Numbered from the whole stretch's first letter, positions 1-11,913 are shown. The stretch is 60,004 nucleotides of DNA, filler included, from Squatina squatina (GCA_031763465.1; 3 parts of 3 records of this genome joined end to end with filler, not necessarily neighbours in it), one strand, 5' to 3'. Notes: generated by a model from the sequence alone, not told the origin. Translations and numbers: made by a program.

Positions 1-95
1 GTCCAGTTCTGACGAAGGGTCTTCGACCTGAAACGTTAACTCTGTTTCTCTCTCTACAGATGCTGCCTGACCTACTGAGTTTTTTTTCCAGCATT
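1..95 (+). mobile_element. Penelope-type terminal-repeat mini-element carrying a hammerhead ribozyme motif
   Basis: CTGACGAAGGGTCTTCGACCTGAAACGTTAACTCTGTTTCTC...CAGATGCTGCCTGACCTACTGAGTTTTTTTTCCAGCA is near-identical to the reverse complement of 2961-3058. Confidence 0.8.
5..41 (+). ncRNA. minimal type I hammerhead ribozyme motif
   Basis: Stem I AGTT(5-8)/AACT(38-41); core CTGACGA(9-15) plus extra A; stem II GGGTC/GACCT with TTC loop; GAAA(30-33); palindromic stem III CG; GUU cleavage triplet (35-37). Confidence 0.72.
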
Positions 96-107
96 CGGTT
101 GAAATTT

Positions 108-345
108 TACCCCCTACAGACATGGCTCATAGCACACCTCCAGAACCTCACCACTTCTGAGGAACACCGATTTAATCAAAACCAGGGAGCTAGCAGAATA
201 ATTATTGCAGCAGAGGTTTGGGTGTCTCAAACGGTCTGGGACCTCCCTACAATACGCCCCACAAAGTCTCCTGCATCGTAGTGGTGTGCTGCCTGCTGCA
301 CAATCAGGCCATACAGAGAGGTCTGCATTTGGAGGAAGCACAGCA
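108..345 (+). pseudogene. PIF/Harbinger (HARBI1-like) DDE transposase C-terminal fragment, frameshifted
   Basis: Across frames reads YPLQTWLIAHLQNLTTSEEHRFNQ..SRIII / QRFGCLKRSGTSLQYAP / VSCIVVVCCLLHNQAIQRG, matching the Harbinger YP-W-RYN-RFRCL-CCxLHN pattern. Confidence 0.85.
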
Positions 346-1264
346 GCAGAATTGGACAAGGAATTTAAGTGAATAATTTGCTTCTATCTTTCTTGGAAAT
401 TGCTAATACCATTTTATCTCTCAGAACTAAAATCTAGCCAGATCCTGTTTCCTTGTGTTATTCTATATTCAAATCATTATCATTATCATTTGGCTTTTTC
501 CAGCTAAGGAGGAAGCTGTTAGAAAATGTATTGTTGGTGATATTTCACCCAGAGTGACTTTATTTTAGTGATTCAAAGGGCAGATCAACTTCACAAACTC
601 TTGAGTGGCTGGTCGTATGCAAAAATCTATAAAAATGTTGACTGCAGTTAAGAGTTGTTAAACTGTTGACTTAAGGATTTCCAAAGGAAGCTAATGTATG
701 CATATTGTGCCGATGTTTACTGGCTTTAATGGTGATGGCTAACTTATTGTCCTGAGAATACTTATATTTGTATACTTCAAATTGTTCTTTTAAAACATGG
801 AGAATGAAAACTTGAGCAGATACTGAAAAGGAGATATGTTAGGTATATTTTTATGAGCTAGCGCCTCTAGCAGCATGTGTGCATTGCAAGATCATGCCTC
901 TGATCTCATACTGCATTCTTTCCCTGTCTGATTTTTCAACAGTACTTTTTACTGTGTGTGTTGAACCTTTCTTTAAAGTATGTCATTTGGATCTTGTGAC
1001 TTTTGGCAAAGTTCTCTTTTTTTTTTTCCCCTCGCAAGCCGAATTGCTGCGGTTTGCATTGCAGTGATTTAATTGTGATTTCTGTGATTTGCTCATTTTT
1101 GAGTGCCTGCATTGGTCATCTTTCATGTTTGTGAAGGTTCAGTTTTAGGNNNNNNNNNNNNNNNNNNNNNNNNNNNNNNNNNNNNNNNNNNNNNNNNNNN
1201 NNNNNNNNNNNNNNNNNNNNNNNNNNNNNNNNNNNNNNNNNNNNNNNNNTCATTACCTCTCTGA

Positions 1265-1333
1265 AACTGACCATAACTTCAGGATTTAGCGCATCTGCAT
1301 ATAAACGTAGAAATCTTGAAGTTGCGGTCAGTT
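1265..1333. repeat. imperfect 23-bp inverted repeat (hairpin), probably part of a non-autonomous DNA transposon remnant (~1250-2000)
   Basis: AACTGACCATAACTTCAGGATTT vs AAATCTTGAAGTTGCGGTCAGTT, 20/23 complementary. Confidence 0.7.
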
Positions 1334-2960
1334 ATTCACTGTTCTGCCACAGGCTGTGCTGTGGACACCTCCCCCCTCCCCGCCCCCTCAACCATACCCG
1401 GCACTCAATGTAATCGGTCAAATCAGTGGAATTGATAAAAACTTGGGCTTTTCTGCGGTAATATCACTGTTAAATACCCCATTAAATGTTAAGCCATGTT
1501 GGAATAGGTGTAAATGGGGTTTAACAGCGGATTGACTGCTAAACAAATGTTCTGACCCTGAAAAACTAATTTTTATATTTGTGGATGTCAAATTTGTCCA
1601 TAATAAAAATTACATTTTGTAAGAAACTTTAAAGAAAAAGTTTGTTCATGCTATTTCAGATTCTACCTTATCCCCCTGTGAGAGTCCCAATCTTTTTTTT
1701 GCTGTCTGGAACATTTTTAAAAAGTCTGGATCAAAGCAGCCACTCATTTCCTCGTTGCCCATTAGTGAGAATTCTGCAATGTGATTGGCTGCTTAGACAA
1801 TTTGTTGACATCACAGGCAACAGCATCACAAGGGATTCCCAATACAGAACACCAACCTCAATTGAATGTCGAAAAAGGCAAACTTGTGCCACAGGGATCG
1901 CGAGATTGCTGCGGGCAGCTTCCTTTTGGGGCCAGTGGTGAGTGTCTTTGCTTTGCCGCTGACTGCAAATTATGGGACATTGTTTCTGGATTTTTTGTTA
2001 CTTTTCTGTGGAAAGATATTTGGAAAAAGTTACTTCGAATGGTGAGGTTTTTAAAAGCAGTGTATATTCTCTCTAGTAGTTTTGACAAAAGGTGGTTAAG
2101 ATGGCACGTTGCTTCCACCAGATACTAAGCAATAAGAGATTTGGCTGGGTGAGACGTCTTTCACATTATGTTGGAAAAAACCCTTTCATCTCTGTTGAAC
2201 TGAGAAGGAGAGGCTTTTTGATATAGTGAGAGGCTTTTAAAAATGACTGCATATAGTGACACTAGGAGTCCCGGCCAGAATGGAAATGATTGGGTAATTC
2301 CTCCATCAATGAAGCCTGGGGAGAACACACTGTTGTAAGTGACTGGGATTGATTTTACACATGCAGTTTGTATTATGTAACTATCCTCCACTCACTGCAT
2401 TTTGCTGGAGAAATAATCTTGCTTTTATGGGGATACTTTGCTGTAGTTTCAGCCATGAGTTCTGTTTGCTGTAGTTGGTAGATACTGTGTTTAAATTGCT
2501 TTAGACATTGTTTGCACTACTAAGTCCTGCTATAAATTCCACCCTGCCTCCATCTCATTGGCTGACATAGTGTTGTCAATACTCACTTCGTTCAAAAATG
2601 GAACAGAGACAATAAAAATGCATTCAGGCAGCGAAGTGCTGCGCTAAGATTGAAATGATGTCACCTTGCAGGGAGAGGAGGCTCTGCCCTAGGTTTGTGG
2701 GACAGAATCTAGAGGATCAGTCAATTTTAAGTAAAACCAGGCAACCCAGCAAGATACGGTAGCATGGCATGTTAATTGTTTTACCTTAGTATGCAGAGAT
2801 AAGTTTTGCCGTTTGAACTACATGACTCTGACCGCCTCTGCTCTGTATGTTTTCACCTTTCTGTAAAGCCACTTATTGATTCAAAATTAAGCCTTGTGGT
2901 TTGGACTGGTACATCAATTGACAGACTTCTTGGAACAAATCTGACAACTTCTAATAGTCT

Positions 2961-3058
2961 ACAAACAAAAATTGCTGGAAAAACTCAGCAGGTCAGGCAG
3001 CATCTGTGGAGAGAAAAACTGAGTCAACGTTTCGGGTCGATGACCCTTCGTCAGAACT
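2961..3058 (-). mobile_element. Penelope-type hammerhead mini-element flanked by a 15-bp direct repeat (probable TSD)
   Basis: Minus strand reads AGTT-CTGACGA-A-GGGTC-ATC-GACCC-GAAA-CG-TT-GACT; AACTTCTAATAGTCT occurs at 2946-2960 and 3055-3069. Confidence 0.85.
3022..3058 (-). ncRNA. minimal type I hammerhead ribozyme motif
   Basis: Intact CUGACGA and GAAA core, perfect 5-bp stem II GGGUC/GACCC, stem I AGUU/GACU, GUU triplet. Confidence 0.75.
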
Positions 3059-3384
3059 TCTAATAGTCTTTCTGTCAGCTAGAGCAGAGATGCGAGATAA
3101 CTTGAAGTCCTATTTGGAACTGAGTAGTGGTTAGGACAGCCACTGCGGCAGTGTTGGAGACGAATCGTGTAAACAGGTCGTGGTTAAGATGCAAGTCAGA
3201 ACAGCTTTGGAAGAAATTTGAAAGTGCTGTCTATACTCCCTTGGTATAGATAAGTATTGTGACATTGGAATGTCCTTGGCTAACACCAGGTTTTATGAAA
3301 AGTTTGAGAGCTGAACTTGACCCTAGAGTCTGATATATTTCTTAAAACAATTTGAAGTGGTGCACAACAATTTAAAGTTGCCAG

Positions 3385-3402
3385 TCTCTCTCTCTCTCTC
3401 TC
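3385..3402. repeat. (TC)n microsatellite
   Basis: tctctctctctctctctc. Confidence 0.9.
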
Positions 3403-4002
3403 TGTTTTCCTCTTTTACCCTGTAAAATACTAGAATGCCTGTAGATTTGGGTGTACTGTGCTCGCTATTAATGACAGTAGGAAGTCAACTTTGCTTAGTT
3501 GCTTCTTTTCAGTTGATATTCCTTGTAATGTTTGATCCACAATCAGCCCTCACTTGGGAGATGACAGGTTGATACAACTGACACATCCAGAAAGGGAATG
3601 AAAAATGCTTTAGACTTTTAATATGGATGAGTAACAGTTTAAAAAAAAATGTGACTGATAATTGCCTAGTCTCTTTGACTTTAGCCATTAAAGCTCATCA
3701 GCTACATTACAGTAATTGCAAACCCTTTCATGTTGCGTATGCTTCCTGATATTTGCTTTTAATTATTGTGGTATTATATTGGGGTTGTATGATTTGAAAA
3801 CTAGCATTACATGCATATTTAAAGGCTGATCTCTGACTACTGGTAATCCGTTCACTTCATGTCTATACTGAAAGTGTGGTCTGTTGGAAAAATGTTTCAA
3901 TGTCAAAAGCCATGTATATGCTACCCATTAATATTTTAAATACGAAATGTAATTTGCACTTATGTCTACAAAAATAATTTTCTGTATTATCAAATGCTTT
4001 GA

Positions 4003-4349
4003 AGTCTTCTTGGGCAGTCCCACGAGGTCGAGGATGACTTGCTTCCACTCTGGAGTTGTGGGTTCTGAGGTGACTAAAAAGTCCTATAAGGGATCCGCTA
4101 ACTCTACCAAAGGGGGTGTTTGATGGGGCGAGTTGGTGGGATGCTCGGTTTTCTGCGCGCTCTTTCCGCTGGCTGCGCGTGGCCTCCACGCCGAAGAGGC
4201 TCAAAGTGGTTGCCGCCTTCGTGAATGCTTCTCCTCCAGTTTGGGCGGGCTTGGGCCAGAGATTCCCATTCCCATGAGTTGGCGGGGATGTTACATTTTT
4301 TCAGGGATGCTTTGAGAACGTCTTTGAAGCGCTTCCTCTGCCTCCCGAG
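4003..4349 (-). mobile_element. RTE-clade LINE 3' end (ORF2 C-terminus plus 3'UTR), cut by a gap
   Basis: GRQRKRFKDVLKASLKKCNIPANSW..ESLAQARPNWRRSIHEG is the RTE C-terminal motif; 3' end ...GCAAGTCATCCTCGACCTCGTGGGACTGCCCAAGAAGA. Confidence 0.85.
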
Positions 4350-5146
4350 NNNNNNNNNNNNNNNNNNNNNNNNNNNNNNNNNNNNNNNNNNNNNNNNNNN
4401 NNNNNNNNNNNNNNNNNNNNNNNNNNNNNNNNNNNNNNNNNNNNNNNNNTGAGGAGGACTTTGCATTACGACTGGGCTGGCTGCACCGTTGTCTTGTCCG
4501 TATCCGGTGCTGAGGTCGATGTCGGGTTGTCCGTCCGATTTTTATCATCTTGTTTCTCATAGCGGTTTGTTACAACTGAGTGGCTTTAAGGTTAAGTATT
4601 TTGCATTCAGTGTAATTATGCATGAAGTTTCCTGCTCTTTTAGTGTGATTGCCATTGTAACTGCAGCAGGATATAAGGAACACAGTTAGTTAAACAGTGT
4701 GAAGTTTTCCTGGGGAGGGGCATCGTCATTCCACAAGATTGTGGTTAGTGGTTTGGATAGGAGAAGCGTGGGGGGATATAGTGGTTGAGGAAGTGCTTCG
4801 CCTTGTGAGAGTGAAGAATTCCTTGAATTTTGCCTTCAAGTATGCTTAAAGATTGAATGTGCTCACATGCAAACATTTGAAAACAAAATTGCGTGGGAGG
4901 TATGGTGGTACAACATGCTGGAGCTCGAGCTTCCTGCACCACAGCTCTTGACCATGCCACTGAGTGGAGGCCAGGCACTTGCATGATACTTGGGGCTGCA
5001 CCAAAAAGATGATCTGCATATATATGATTGCAAATTACTGCTAAAANNNNNNNNNNNNNNNNNNNNNNNNNNNNNNNNNNNNNNNNNNNNNNNNNNNNNN
5101 NNNNNNNNNNNNNNNNNNNNNNNNNNNNNNNNNNNNNNNNNNNNNN

Positions 5147-5430
5147 TAATCCAGTCTTTCTTTTCCTCTTTATTTCTCTTTTTGTACCTGATTTGCATTG
5201 AATTTACACTTCCTTCTCTGTCCTTGCGCTGTAAGTTTCATAATTCTTCAATCTGATTGGTTAAGGCGATACCCAGTTGCTTGCCCTGTTCACTCAGGTC
5301 CCAGATGCCCGGTATTCCTCGCTGCGCCGTTATCAGCTCGCGCTTTCAGTAACTTGGCAGGCAAAAATTTTAAATGCCTAAACGTGCAAGGGAACACATG
5401 TAACTGCCCTGCCACAGCAAATTATGGCCC
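5147..5430. mobile_element. MITE/DNA transposon end fragment
   Basis: CpG-richer segment ending GCAAATTATGGCCC, the reverse complement of the GGG-N-AATTT type termini seen on other elements here. Confidence 0.45.
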
Positions 5431-6195
5431 ATTATCAAGATGTTCAGGAGCACTGAGAGAGTCTGCTGGATGTTGTTTTTTCACGACTGTGATTATGGTG
5501 TTGGAGGCACCACCATTCGGACTCCTGAAACTCTGCATTTATTCTAATCTTATTTTTTAAAAAGCCATAAACATTTATTGGAAATGTTTTGAATTTGCAA
5601 TATTTATATTCACAAATCGGAGCTGAAGTCGCCCTTTATTGCAGCAGTGGGTGGGGTAATGAGGAGGAGGGAGACAAAGCATGTTCCTGGTGATTCAATT
5701 CAGCTGTGGTTTGCCACCATAAACAAGGGACTAAAGCGATCAGCCTGAATTAAGTGCATTCAAATTCAGGCATCTGATGAACTCTTCTCGTATTTGAGCT
5801 AGTTGGGGATAGTCCAGAAGCTGATTTTAAAATGAAATAATGCTTCAAAAATTTGCCACAAGAAAGAATTAAAACATTCAACTAGATTTTCTTTTAATCA
5901 ACTTTCTATTGAAGTAATGCATTGAGTAGTTGGTCATGGATTTTTAACCCTTCATACTAGAAAAGACTTCTTAGACTATTAGCTTTCAAAGCTGCTGTTA
6001 ATGTGGGGCCAAAAGTAGTTGCTATAACAACCTGATACCCTCTGATGTGAATGCAATTACAGCCTTAAAATCTGAAATCCAAACAGAAAATGCTGNNNNN
6101 NNNNNNNNNNNNNNNNNNNNNNNNNNNNNNNNNNNNNNNNNNNNNNNNNNNNNNNNNNNNNNNNNNNNNNNNNNNNNNNNNNNNNNNNNNNNNNN

Positions 6196-6460
6196 ATTTA
6201 TAGGGTGAGTCCAGTTGAATTTCTGGTCAATGGTGACCCCTAGGATGTTGATGATGTGGGATTTGGTGATGGCAATGCCATTGAATGTCAAAAGGAGGTG
6301 GTTTGGCGCGCTCTTGTTGGAGAAAGTCATTGCTTGGTAGTTGTATGACGCAAAAGTTACTTGCCACTTATCAGCCTTATAAAGCCTGGAGGTTTTGCTG
6401 CATGTTGGCATAGACTGCTTTGGCACCTGAGGAATTGCAAATAGAACTGAACACTATGTA
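6196..6460 (-). mobile_element. non-LTR retrotransposon RT C-terminal fragment (clade uncertain)
   Basis: ADKWQVTFA..QAMTFSNK..LTFNGIAI..INILGVTIDQKFNW, the typical post-YADD LINE segment. Confidence 0.8.
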
Positions 6461-7346
6461 TCCTACCAGTACTATCTATTTTATAGTATTGAAACAGTGA
6501 TTGCCGATTCTCTGGTATGTTACTACTTAGTGCATTTGATTAAATGTCTCATTCTGTATTCTTGTTGCTTAATCAAAACAGAAAAGTTTTATCCCCTGTA
6601 GACCCCTGTCAGATGCAAATTATTGCTTGAGAACACTACAAAATCACAAAATATTTCTTCCCTTTTATTGCATTACAGCATTTTCAAAGATGAGTTTTAG
6701 GTTAATTTTAGTGCCGGAATGCTGCTACATGTCTGAGGTTAAATTTCCAATTGGTATTCTGAACATGTATAGAACAATGACAAACTGAACTTACATAAAT
6801 TAGTTTTACTTCACTGAGAAAAGGTGTGCCCTTACCATTATACATTATTCCAGGAAGCTCTGTTATAGTAAATGTTTCGATTGTCCCATTGGAGAAGATT
6901 CCTTATATCAATGACAAAGCTTTGAAGTAGATCCTTTCTTATTATATGACCTATTAAACACAAAAAAAGGAACAGTAATATCATTGTGTTGCATGCTGCA
7001 TGCTTTCTCTGTAAACTCAGTCTGCCTTTCATGAGTCAGGTTAATGTTATGCAGATAAGGAAACATGGAAGGATTTGCTGCATGGAGAAAAGAAATGTCA
7101 GTCAGTGAAAACTAAACCGAGCTGATATGATGTTACCACATCCATTCTAGGCCAGAAGCGCTCAATGCACAATATCAAAAACCGTATTTGTTAACACAAA
7201 CTTGCACTAGATAGAGCAAGGACTAGAGTACACTTTGTACTTTGTGGGGTGTAACACAAACACCTGGAAGGTTAATTTTTGTAAACAAAATCTGATTGTT
7301 ACTGAAACCTGTAGCTCGCATTACATGTTTTTTTTGTAATTTACAG

Positions 7347-7487
7347 GAAGAGTGCTTTCTCAATCTGGAGGTGCCAATCAGCAGAGTCTGTGGATATGAC
7401 ACACCTTTTCCACACATTTTTGAACCCTTTTATATACCAGACAAATGGAAGTGCTTTGATGCTGTGCGGAAAATGATAAATTATTGA
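7347..7487 (+). CDS. BCKDHB: branched-chain alpha-keto acid dehydrogenase E1 beta subunit, last coding exon (46 aa plus stop)
   Basis: Acceptor ttttttgtaatttacAG (7345-7346), phase 0; [46 protein letters not shown] is nearly identical to the vertebrate BCKDHB C-terminus as I recall it. Confidence 0.97.
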   Translation, partial: EECFLNLEVPISRVCGYDTPFPHIFEPFYIPDKWKCFDAVRKMINY

Positions 7488-7493
7488 GTGGGA

Positions 7494-7502
7494 CAGGTAA
7501 GA
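7494..7502 (+). other. consensus 5' splice donor 9 nt after the BCKDHB stop (putative 3'UTR intron)
   Basis: TGA-GTGGGACAG|GTAAGA, with the intron starting at 7497. Confidence 0.7.
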
Positions 7503-10500
7503 AACTTCAACATTTCGAAAGGATATGGGTTAACATCTGAACTATAGATAGAATAACAAAATCTGCAGGTGAGTTACAAGGCACTCATATAATCAGTGAT
7601 TCGCCAAAGGTGATCAGGTGTTATAATGAAGTTTGAGTAATTTGACATTTATTAGCCACCAAGATTCAAGCTGCAGCCTTTGGCTCACTCTGTCATTTGT
7701 TTTATGTAATATGTGCTGCTGTTATTGTAACAGTCAAACTTACATCATTTGAAAAAGGGCGGAGCTAAAAGGGTAGCTCCAATTTCAATCTGATTGTCTT
7801 CNNNNNNNNNNNNNNNNNNNNNNNNNNNNNNNNNNNNNNNNNNNNNNNNNNNNNNNNNNNNNNNNNNNNNNNNNNNNNNNNNNNNNNNNNNNNNNNNNNN
7901 NTTTACAATCAACATCCACATGAAATTAATTTTGGATGATCTCAGTATGAGACTATCATAGTTCTAAGGTTTCCTTACTCACTGTCTCTCGATTCATTAA
8001 CTAGTCTGTTCAGCGCTTGGAAACTATTTCCTGATTCCTTACTACATCAGTTTTATATTTGCCCTCTCTCCCAGCACAACATTAAAACTGCCCTGTGCTT
8101 ACCACCTCTCCACCATGTGTTCACTGGAATAGCTGGTAACATGGCATAGTACTGATCTTCAGTGCAACCACGTTAGTTGACCTCAGACTTGATTTCTTGT
8201 CACATCCAGCTCTAGTCTACAACTGTAAATCTACTGAAAATTAATGGGCAGGTAAAGACTCGTTAAAAATCAAGTTTCTTTGTGATCAATGTGGAGTGTA
8301 AATATACAAGAGGTGTCAATCACTTAAGAGTGAACCTCTTTCGACATTTGGGGACTCAATTAATTTCAAAGTGCAGTCCTTGTGAGTACGCTGCTCAATG
8401 GTAATCGGTGCTCTGTTTTCAGAAAGCATCAAACCGAATTGTTTATCCATATGTATAAGCTTCCATCACTGAAATAACTAACACGGGAAGTACTGAACAT
8501 CTCTTACAATTCAAGACTATATTTTTTGCATTATCCAGAGATCAATGGACACCTGGTAATAATTACACGGTAATAATGTAATCGCCTGAGCAGCTAATAA
8601 TTACCATCTGGANNNNNNNNNNNNNNNNNNNNNNNNNNNNNNNNNNNNNNNNNNNNNNNNNNNNNNNNNNNNNNNNNNNNNNNNNNNNNNNNNNNNNNNN
8701 NNNNNNNNNNNNACTACCAACATGGCGCTATCCAATTGGGCTCCCTATAGGTTTGTTACTAAAGCACTAATTAATGTACTTTTTAAATTATGCTCTTAAT
8801 TGTATTTGTAGATGGCATCATATTACTTAATGATAATATTATTTAAATATTTCTTTGTCATTCATATATCATTTTTATTATATTATTGTAGAGTAAAGAT
8901 TCAACACCCACTATGTTAAATTAAACTTAAAATTTAATGTGGCCATGGTCCCTTTAAGGATCCTGGTTGAAAATGCATGACGAATGACTTCACCAGACCC
9001 GCTCCATCTAATTGGGCCGGGTAACGTGCTGGCTGGGCTTAATAGGTCCCATCAAGGTAAGTTCATTTTCAACAGCGGGATGCCAGCAACGGGGTCGTAA
9101 CCCGCCATGGACACTGGCCACACCGGACCCACCAAGGTAAGCAAAGTTCTGGCCTTAATGTTTCAGCTGGGACCCCGACTTGATCAAAACCTCAACCTAT
9201 CTTTCTCTTTACCACTATTGATTGAGTGCTGTGTAATTCTGGAATTTTCTGTTTTTGTTTTAGGTCTTCAGCATTTTATGATCTTGCTTTTGCCTCATTT
9301 TACCGAAGCCGTTTTTAAGACAATGATGGCGGGCACTGTAAGTAGAGTTAGCATTTAAGGTGTCACTTGAGTTTTCAGTACTTTTTTGAGCATTGACTTT
9401 TAATAAGGGATCCATCAGTTGTCAGAGGTTTAAAATAAGCTAACACATCTGTGACTTAAGAATGTGCATAACTGTTTGTGTAAGAGGCCCGAGTTGGGAT
9501 ACCAACAAAAGGCAAGGCTGAGGCCAAGCAACATTGGCTCAAAAATGTACTCTGCAGCTATTCCGATTTACTCCTTTTGAAAGGTTAAGTGCCTCTAAGA
9601 ACATACGCATTAGTCTTTTGAAAAGTTAATTACTTATACTAAGGTCAGCTGCAAAGTTTCGGTTATAAAACGAAAAAAAATTAAATGCATTTTATTTTCA
9701 ACTTTAAGATAAGAGCACTCCCCATGCCTTGCAACGACAGGAGCTAAATATTTCAATTGCTGCCTTGATTCCAAAGTATTATTGATTATTTACACCGTAA
9801 ATCACAGTAGTCCCATCACTGCCTGTTTCCCTCATAAGAAAGAAGACAGTTGTCAGGATGACCAGGTGCAGAGCACTTTTGAGTGTCTTTTTTAATTGGG
9901 TGTTACAAAGCTTGAGCCAAGTCCCAAAATCTCCAACTGCTGCTCTTCCCTGTTTTTATGCACTTGGTGTGCAGCTGCTCTGGAAACACTTGAATATTTG
10001 ACCCCCACTGCTGCTGGAGGTGTGGCATCCGACTCCTTTGTATTGACAGTGTGTCGTCACACACCTGACTATTGATGTCAGAGCACCTTTACTTTGTGGC
10101 TCTGTGAAGCAAAACACAGGCTCTGAGGTCAATGGAGAGTAAAGTGCAGTGGGGTGGGAAATGAGCATCTGACCTGAATTGGGGCTCACTTATTGGGATA
10201 CATCTGCACACCCCTGTTATTTTCTTCACACATTATAACCTGTATAACTTGTAACTGTTACGAATGAAAATGGACTAAGTTTGCAGTCAGCTTGATAGTA
10301 TTCACACATTTTGATTTGATTAGGGCTGCTGAATATTGTTGAGCGAAGCATAAATCTGTGTTCGCCCACCTCAGTCCAACTTGGGTACTCGGTTTTGCTT
10401 ACAGCATGCGAAGTGATGCATGAGAGATCTACTTAAATTGAAAAAAAAATCTGGACTAAATATTAACCTCAATTAGAATCTCAACACTGGAAGGGTACTT

Positions 10501-11582
10501 TGCAGCACAATAACATCATCAGATGTACTGGTGCTGCAGACACAGCTGGAGAAAACCTACAGCCAATTCCTGTTCATAAGAATGGTAAGAGACAAGACAA
10601 ACAGATCCAATTACATGAGATTAGCATTTCTTTTCAAAAGGTGCAATAGAAATAAATCCTTAACTGATATGAATAAAAGGTTGCGACCGGATCATTGACA
10701 ATATTTCATGAAGCAAATTGTCATTTGAGGACACACCACAGGAAACCACTAGGCCTAATCCCAATAATATTTTCTGTGTGTTATAAATCATCAGACCCAG
10801 ACATTACCAACTGTGCAAACAAATGATCCAGTTTGCTCACAGCCCATTAACCTTTTCACGGACATCGTCATAAAGTGTGGTTTGAATGAAATGTTAACGG
10901 GGATGGCATGTAACTACGCTGAAGTACATTGAGGGTNNNNNNNNNNNNNNNNNNNNNNNNNNNNNNNNNNNNNNNNNNNNNNNNNNNNNNNNNNNNNNNN
11001 NNNNNNNNNNNNNNNNNNNNNNNNNNNNNNNNNNNNAGTATGTCAGTTAGGTATAGCGCAAGAGTGCAGATAAAATCTGATCACTTTAGTGTATGTTTGA
11101 CATCTTTTACAGCAGCAAAAGAAGGTTCAGTATAAAAATACAAGTCTTCCGATCATATTCAGATAAGCTTAAGTAAAACAACCTTATCCGATTCTGAATG
11201 AGCAAAGCCGGACTTTTGGATCTGGCCTCACTGAGTCTGGTTTGTTCAGACTTCCACCCTGGATTTGCACCTCCTCCTTAGTTTTAAATCCAGGGCTATT
11301 AAATTCTGAAAACATGCAACTGGATTGCCAAGAAATGTTATGCTTGGATAAGGATTTCTAAAAGCTTCATATAAAAATGATCAACTTACAATACTTGCAA
11401 CTCAGCATTTTCCAAAATTGAGTCCACAGCTGGTATCTAAATGAATACAGTGCAAATCCTTTCATTAAAAAATCAGTCTGCAAACTCCAATTTTGAAAAA
11501 GGGAATGCACCATATACATTAGAATTCCCATTGACTACATTGCAAAGCATTTCCAGCAAGATCAATCAGATCAGATCTTGCT

Positions 11583-11773
11583 GGTGTCAGCAGTGGTTCA
11601 GTGGCAGCACTCTCACTTCCTCAACCATGAAGGTTGTGGGTTGAAGTTCCACTTCTGAGTCTTGAGCACATAATCTCGGCTGACACTCCAGTGTAGTGCT
11701 GAGGGAGTGCTGGGCTGTTGGAGGTGCTGTTTTTCTGATGCAACGTTAAACCGAGGCCCCATCTGCGGTCTCT
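11583..11773 (+). mobile_element. tRNA-derived Deu-domain SINE (SacSINE1-like), 3'-truncated
   Basis: A-box-like TGGTTCAGTGG and B-box-like GGTTGAAGTTCC, then Deu core GCTGACACTCCAGTGTAGTGCTGAGGGAGTGCTG..GGAGGTGC..GTTAAACCGAGGCCCC. Confidence 0.85.
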
Positions 11774-11913
11774 CTTAATAATTCGGAATCGCGGGTTGAG
11801 TCTCGGTGCTTGTNNNNNNNNNNNNNNNNNNNNNNNNNNNNNNNNNNNNNNNNNNNNNNNNNNNNNNNNNNNNNNNNNNNNNNNNNNNNNNNNNNNNNNN
11901 NNNNNNNNNNNNN

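Noticed and set aside
856-875. CTCF-like GCTAGCGCCTCTAGCAGC
   Set aside because: One G short in the AGRKGGC core and mismatched at the CC start
7296-7346. N-terminal 17 aa of the 7296-7487 ORF
   Set aside because: Intronic branch and polypyrimidine region; BCKDHB similarity begins exactly at the AG acceptor
1-7346. Upstream BCKDHB coding exon (expected KTGRL..HEAP motif)
   Set aside because: Not found by eye in the readable sequence; it probably lies 5' of the window or within a gap
11583-11655. tRNA gene
   Set aside because: A/B boxes are degenerate, there is no cloverleaf and it continues into a SINE core
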